Shown piece after piece: positions 60,056-64,000 of a DNA stretch of 64,000 nt. The DNA comes from Alphaproteobacteria bacterium (GTDB taxonomy: Bacteria > Pseudomonadota > Alphaproteobacteria > UBA828). Position 1 is the stretch's first letter; each line of letters starts with the position of its first letter. The notes beneath the pieces were generated by a model. The model saw only the letters and a program-made list of their open reading frames with translations, had not been told where the DNA came from and searched no databases. The stretch spans positions 288,001 through 352,000 of the forward strand of contig CBDEFM010000001.1 in assembly GCA_965237415.1 (NCBI GenBank), in the 5' to 3' direction. The position numbers and the translations under genes were made by a program.

Positions 60056-61043
60056 GACACAGACCGTGGGACCCTGGATCGAACGGTTTCTCTTCCAGCA
60101 CATCGTCACGGAGCGCAATCTCTCGCGGAATACCCAGAAGAGCTACCGCGATGCATTCTTGCAGTTGATGCCATTCGTCAGCGGCAAGGCCAGAAAGCCC
60201 ATAGAGCGACTGGCGTTCCGCGACTTCACGGCCAAGCGCATCCTGCAGTTCCTCGCCCATGTCGAGGAGGACCGGGGGTGCACTGTTCAGACCCGCAACC
60301 AGCGCTTGGCGGCTATCCGGGCGTTTGCCGGCTACGTGGCCAGCCGTGAGCCAGGGCACATCGGATGGTGCGGTCACATCCGCGCTCTTCAATCGAAGAA
60401 GAGCACACCCCAACAGATCACCTGGCTGACCTTGCAGGAGATTAATGCGTTGCTCGAGGTGCCTGACCGAAGCACGGTACGCGGTCGAAATGAATACGCC
60501 CTCCTGCTGTTTTTGTATAAAACTGGAGCTCGTGTCTCGGAAGCGATACAGCTACGCGTAGGCGATCTGCAGATCATGCGTCGAGACCAGGGACATGCGC
60601 TCGTTACCCTACATGGTAAGGGCGGTAAGGTACGACAGTGCCCGCTGCGGCCAAACACGGAAGGCGTGCTGGCGGACCTCGTAGACGGACGCGACCCGGG
60701 CGAACCGGTCTTCCTTAGCAGGCTTCGAAAGCCGTTTACTCGGTTCGGCGTGTATTGGGTTGTCGACCGTTGTTCGGCCCGCGTTCCAGCGTTGTCCGGG
60801 AAGAAAGTAACGCCCCACGTGCTGAGGCACACCACGGCGTGCCACCTCGTCGACGCCGGTGTAGATCCCAACACCGTGCGCGCGTGGCTTGGCCACGCGT
60901 CGCTCAATACCACCAACATCTACGCCGAGATCAGCCTCGAAATGAAGGCCAAGGCGATTGCAATGTGCGACATGGCTGAAGACGGACCGACGCAACCGTG
61001 GAAGGAGAACAAGGGTCTCATGGCAGCACTGCGAGCTTTGTGA
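60048..61043 (+). CDS. ritC: RIT tyrosine recombinase C
   Basis: SYRDAF, TRNQRLAAIRAF, TGARVSE, GKGGK.R..PL, TPHVLRHT, WLGH, IYAE. Confidence 0.93.
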   Translation: MSETQTVGPWIERFLFQHIVTERNLSRNTQKSYRDAFLQLMPFVSGKARKPIERLAFRDFTAKRILQFLAHVEEDRGCTVQTRNQRLAAIRAFAGYVASREPGHIGWCGHIRALQSKKSTPQQITWLTLQEINALLEVPDRSTVRGRNEYALLLFLYKTGARVSEAIQLRVGDLQIMRRDQGHALVTLHGKGGKVRQCPLRPNTEGVLADLVDGRDPGEPVFLSRLRKPFTRFGVYWVVDRCSARVPALSGKKVTPHVLRHTTACHLVDAGVDPNTVRAWLGHASLNTTNIYAEISLEMKAKAIAMCDMAEDGPTQPWKENKGLMAALRAL

Positions 61044-61135
61044 TTGCAGGAGATTATGTTGCGGCGGTCTGAGTCCTTCTGACAGCCAGTCAAGAACCTT
61101 GTGATCGCCGTAACATAACAGTGGCCGCAACATTA

Positions 61136-61590
61136 AGCTCCTCGTAGGCGATGGGCTGGTGCCTGTTGTCGAGGAAGATGGCGACGAAGACCTCGTTCCG
61201 GCGTCCGCGAAGGCGGGCTTCGAGGTAGCGCCGGGTGTGGTTGGGCGAAGTGAGCGCGCCGTCGCGCCGAAGCCGGGCCTCCATCCAGCGGGCATGCAGC
61301 TCGAGGACGGCATGGACACGCGCCCGGTCGTCGGCAGGCAGGAGGAACAGGCGCAGCGTGTCGTCGGGATCGTCGAGGAGCTCGCGCAGGCCGCCCGCGG
61401 CGGCGAGCGTGGCAGCGTCGATGTCGACTCCGAGGAGGCCGAGCAGCTCATGGTCGTCGAGGGCGGCGGGACCCGCACGCCCGACGCGGGCAAGCAGCGG
61501 CTCGGTCGGCGTCGATGCGGCGCCCGGCGCGGCATAGAGAGCGGGGGCTTCGGAGCGCACGGCGGGGGCGAGTGCGGTTTCGTGGGACAT
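61136..61590 (-). pseudogene. radC: RadC, N-terminal part
   Basis: GPAALDDHELL...EVFVAIFLDNRHQPIAYEEL joins in frame to FNGTVDG once the RIT is removed. Confidence 0.88.
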
Positions 61591-61827
61591 GACGGCTCCA
61601 TCGTCGGCAAGGGGGGGAGCGGCCCGGAGGCTCTCTACTGCCTCCGGGGACCGCGCCCTTCCGACGCTCGACTCCGCCTCGCGGACGGCGAGGCGGCGTG
61701 GCGTGGCCGTTATCTCAGTGGGAGGGCGACGAGGGTGCCGGTAGGGGGCGCATCGGGGCGGATCGCGCGATGGAGTTGAAGGCAGCGGACGGCGGGCCGG
61801 CTGCGCAGCTACGCGGCCCGCCTCGGC

Positions 61828-62097
61828 TCAGTGCCAGGAGTCGTCGCCGGGCTCGGGGGTCTCGGCGCGCATGGACCGGGCCGCCAGCGCGGTCCAGTCC
61901 TCTCTCGAATGCCCGAGCTTCCGGTTCAGCTTGTCGCACAGCGTCTCCGCATCGTCGACGGTGAGCGCTACAAGGGCCGTGGGCACATAGCCCTCCATGC
62001 CCTCGAAGACGATGCGGATTTGCTGCACTTCATCCTCGATGTCGTAGGCGGGGCAGAATGCGTAGTTCGGGTCGTCCGGCAGGGTGTGGGCGGCCAT
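61828..62097 (-). CDS. Small acidic hypothetical protein
   Basis: GGAG RBS, normal codon pattern, co-oriented with neighbours. Confidence 0.6.
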   Translation of the reverse strand: MAAHTLPDDPNYAFCPAYDIEDEVQQIRIVFEGMEGYVPTALVALTVDDAETLCDKLNRKLGHSREDWTALAARSMRAETPEPGDDSWH

Positions 62098-62244
62098 GAC
62101 GGTGCTCCGTTCGATGGAGTGAAGCCCGCGGACGGCAGGCCGGCGGTACGTACCCCGCCGGGCCGGCAACGGGCGTGAATGGCGGTCGAACGGCCGGCCC
62201 TCGCTGGCGGACGAAGGGCCGGCCATACGTATCACGTCTGTGGC

Positions 62245-64000
62245 TCAAGCGGCGAGCGGCCAGCGTTCGAGGATGCGTTCCAGCACCTCGGCGCCGGGGG
62301 CGAAGGCGCGCGCCCGGAAGGACACGATCTCGACCGTGCAGCCGATGCGCCTGAGGGTGGCGGTATCGGTGTCGGCCGGTCCCTCGATCTCGACGCGGTC
62401 GGCGCCCATGATGCGCCGGCGCGAGAGCCGCCATCCGTTGGCGAGAGGAAGCGCGGTGCCGCGTCCCATGATGGCCTCGAAGGCTTCCGGTCCGGTCATG
62501 GCGAAGCCGCCGTCGAGGCCGAAGGCGGTGCGCGCGGCGCTGACCTGCTCGGCGTCGAGCACCCGGCCGATGAGGGATTCCCCGGTATCGGCGGTGAGCC
62601 GGCGCACGCGCATGTTCTCGAAGGGCAGCCGGTCCCAGATGGGCAGCAGCAGGCCGGCGGCGAGCCAGAAGCGCGACTCCCGGTGCGTGGGCAGCTCCGC
62701 AATTTCGTGCTCCCAGAGCATGTGCCACTGCGCCTCGTCGGCACGCCGCCAGTTGGACGCGTCGAGCTCGGCGCGTGCCATGGTCTCGCGCGTCGCGGGA
62801 CGTACCAGCCGGACCCGCTCCTGCACCCCGCCATCGTCGAACATGCGCGACGGCGCCGGCAGCAGGACGGCGGCGCGTTTGGAGCGGGCGTTGACGACCA
62901 GCCTCGGCTTGCCGTTCGGTCCGGGCTCGCGTTCGCCGATGGCGATTGCGGTCTCGGCGGTGGTGGGCTCCAGCCGGTCGCGGCGCAGGATTTCCACCAG
63001 CTCGGTGGCGGCCCCGGTGCCGGGGTGCTCATACAGGGTCTCCCGGCCGGCCAGGACAAGCGAATCGGCGCGCACGGTCTCGACCCCGACCTCGAAGGTG
63101 CCGGCCTCGACGGCCTGCTCGATATTCTCCGCGATCCGGGCCTCCAGCTCGGCGAAGAGCTCGTTCTGCTCGTCGATGGGGAGGGCCAGCAGCCGGTTGA
63201 GGAACCGGGACATGGGCGGCAGATCCTCCTTGAGATTGCCCTCGTGGACGAGCTTGAGGCCGGTGGCGTCCTCGAAGCGCGCGATGGCCCAGCCCGGGAT
63301 GTGGCCCCGCCAGAGCGCGATGTAGAAGCGCCGCAGCGCCGCCTTGGCGTAGGCGCTCTCCAGGTTGTCGCTCTCGCGGAACAGTGCCGCATCGCCGCCG
63401 CCCATGGCGGTCTGGGAATCGCGCTGCCCCCTTGTAATCGCACCCAGGGAGTCGAGCCTGCGCGCGATCGTGGCGATGAACCGCCGCTCGCCCTTCACAT
63501 CGGTGGCGACGGGCCGGAACAGCGGCGCGCTGGCCTGGTGCGTGCGGTGGGTGCGCCCGAGCCCCTGGATGGCCTGATCGGCGCGCCAACCGGGTTCCAG
63601 CAAGTAGTGGATGCGCCGCTCGGTATTGCCGCAGGAGAGATCGGCGTGATAGCTGCGCCCGGTGCCGCCCGCCATCGAGAACACCAGGATGTGCTTGCTT
63701 CCGTCCATGAACGCGGCGGTCTCGGCGAGATTGGCGGAAGCGGGCCGGCTGCGAAGCGCCAGGCGCTCGCCGCGCGCGTCCGCAATCTTCACCACCCGGC
63801 GCGACCGGCCGGTGACCTCGGCGACGGCGTCGTTCCCGAAACGGTGCACGATCTGGTCGAGCGCCGACTGCACCGGCGGCAATGCCGCGAGCTTCTCGAT
63901 GAGCGCGTCGCGGCGGGCAACGGCCTCTTGGCACAGCACCGGATTGCCGTCGTCGTCGAACACCGGGCGCGACATCACATTGCCGTCGTCGTCGGAGAAC
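62245..64000 (-). CDS. Strawberry-notch family helicase (methylase-helicase), 5'-partial
   Basis: AEVTGR, AGGTGRSYHA, RRIHYLLEPGWRADQAIQGLGRTHRTHQ, GERRF, ARRLDSLGAITRGQR, FLNRLL. Confidence 0.92.
   Translation of the reverse strand, partial: FSDDDGNVMSRPVFDDDGNPVLCQEAVARRDALIEKLAALPPVQSALDQIVHRFGNDAVAEVTGRSRRVVKIADARGERLALRSRPASANLAETAAFMDGSKHILVFSMAGGTGRSYHADLSCGNTERRIHYLLEPGWRADQAIQGLGRTHRTHQASAPLFRPVATDVKGERRFIATIARRLDSLGAITRGQRDSQTAMGGGDAALFRESDNLESAYAKAALRRFYIALWRGHIPGWAIARFEDATGLKLVHEGNLKEDLPPMSRFLNRLLALPIDEQNELFAELEARIAENIEQAVEAGTFEVGVETVRADSLVLAGRETLYEHPGTGAATELVEILRRDRLEPTTAETAIAIGEREPGPNGKPRLVVNARSKRAAVLLPAPSRMFDDGGVQERVRLVRPATRETMARAELDASNWRRADEAQWHMLWEHEIAELPTHRESRFWLAAGLLLPIWDRLPFENMRVRRLTADTGESLIGRVLDAEQVSAARTAFGLDGGFAMTGPEAFEAIMGRGTALPLANGWRLSRRRIMGADRVEIEGPADTDTATLRRIGCTVEIVSFRARAFAPGAEVLERILERWPLAA

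Larger units (their letters stand above)
57699..61135 (+). mobile_element. RIT (recombinase-in-trio) element inserted in radC
   Basis: Three overlapping tyrosine recombinases; perfect 25-bp IR TTAATGTTGCGGCCACTGTTATGTT (57724-57748, 61112-61136); flanking AGCTCC direct repeat; lower GC. Confidence 0.93.

Noticed and set aside
1-64000. tRNA, rRNA, att sites or an intact ICE integrase
   Set aside because: None recognised; ICE versus plasmid cannot be decided from this window

Overview
High-GC window dominated by one conjugative element (ICE or plasmid). It carries a CI/Cro-like regulatory switch (19.6-21.1 kb) and a complete F-type T4SS operon (pilin, traLEKBVC, trbI, S26 peptidase, traW, ssb, traU, trbC, traNFHG), followed by traD and a MOBF/TrwC-type relaxase. 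After the relaxase come a lower-GC two-gene cargo with a PLD-like nuclease, an RHH accessory protein and an oriT whose nic matches the F-plasmid core TGCGTGGGGTGT. Right of oriT is a co-oriented leading region (SLOG, DUF4326, Toprim, NADAR, AlkB, SSB, SLOG, radC, strawberry-notch helicase). traC is frameshifted by a 16-bp insertion, and radC is split by a RIT (three tyrosine recombinases) element. Left of the tra region is a ~9-kb autotransporter adhesin gene. Its 3' end and the adjacent repressor are also present as a second, truncated copy at the start of the window, next to an IS21 and a mosaic of gene fragments. The most striking observation is a Cre-like tyrosine recombinase (9363-10334) flanked by two perfect 34-bp 13-8-13 lox-like sites in inverted orientation (9035-9068, 10372-10405) directly upstream of the adhesin: a candidate new Cre/lox-type pair forming a self-inverting switch. 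No rRNA, tRNA or CRISPR array was seen. Family names come from motif recognition only; no database search was run.
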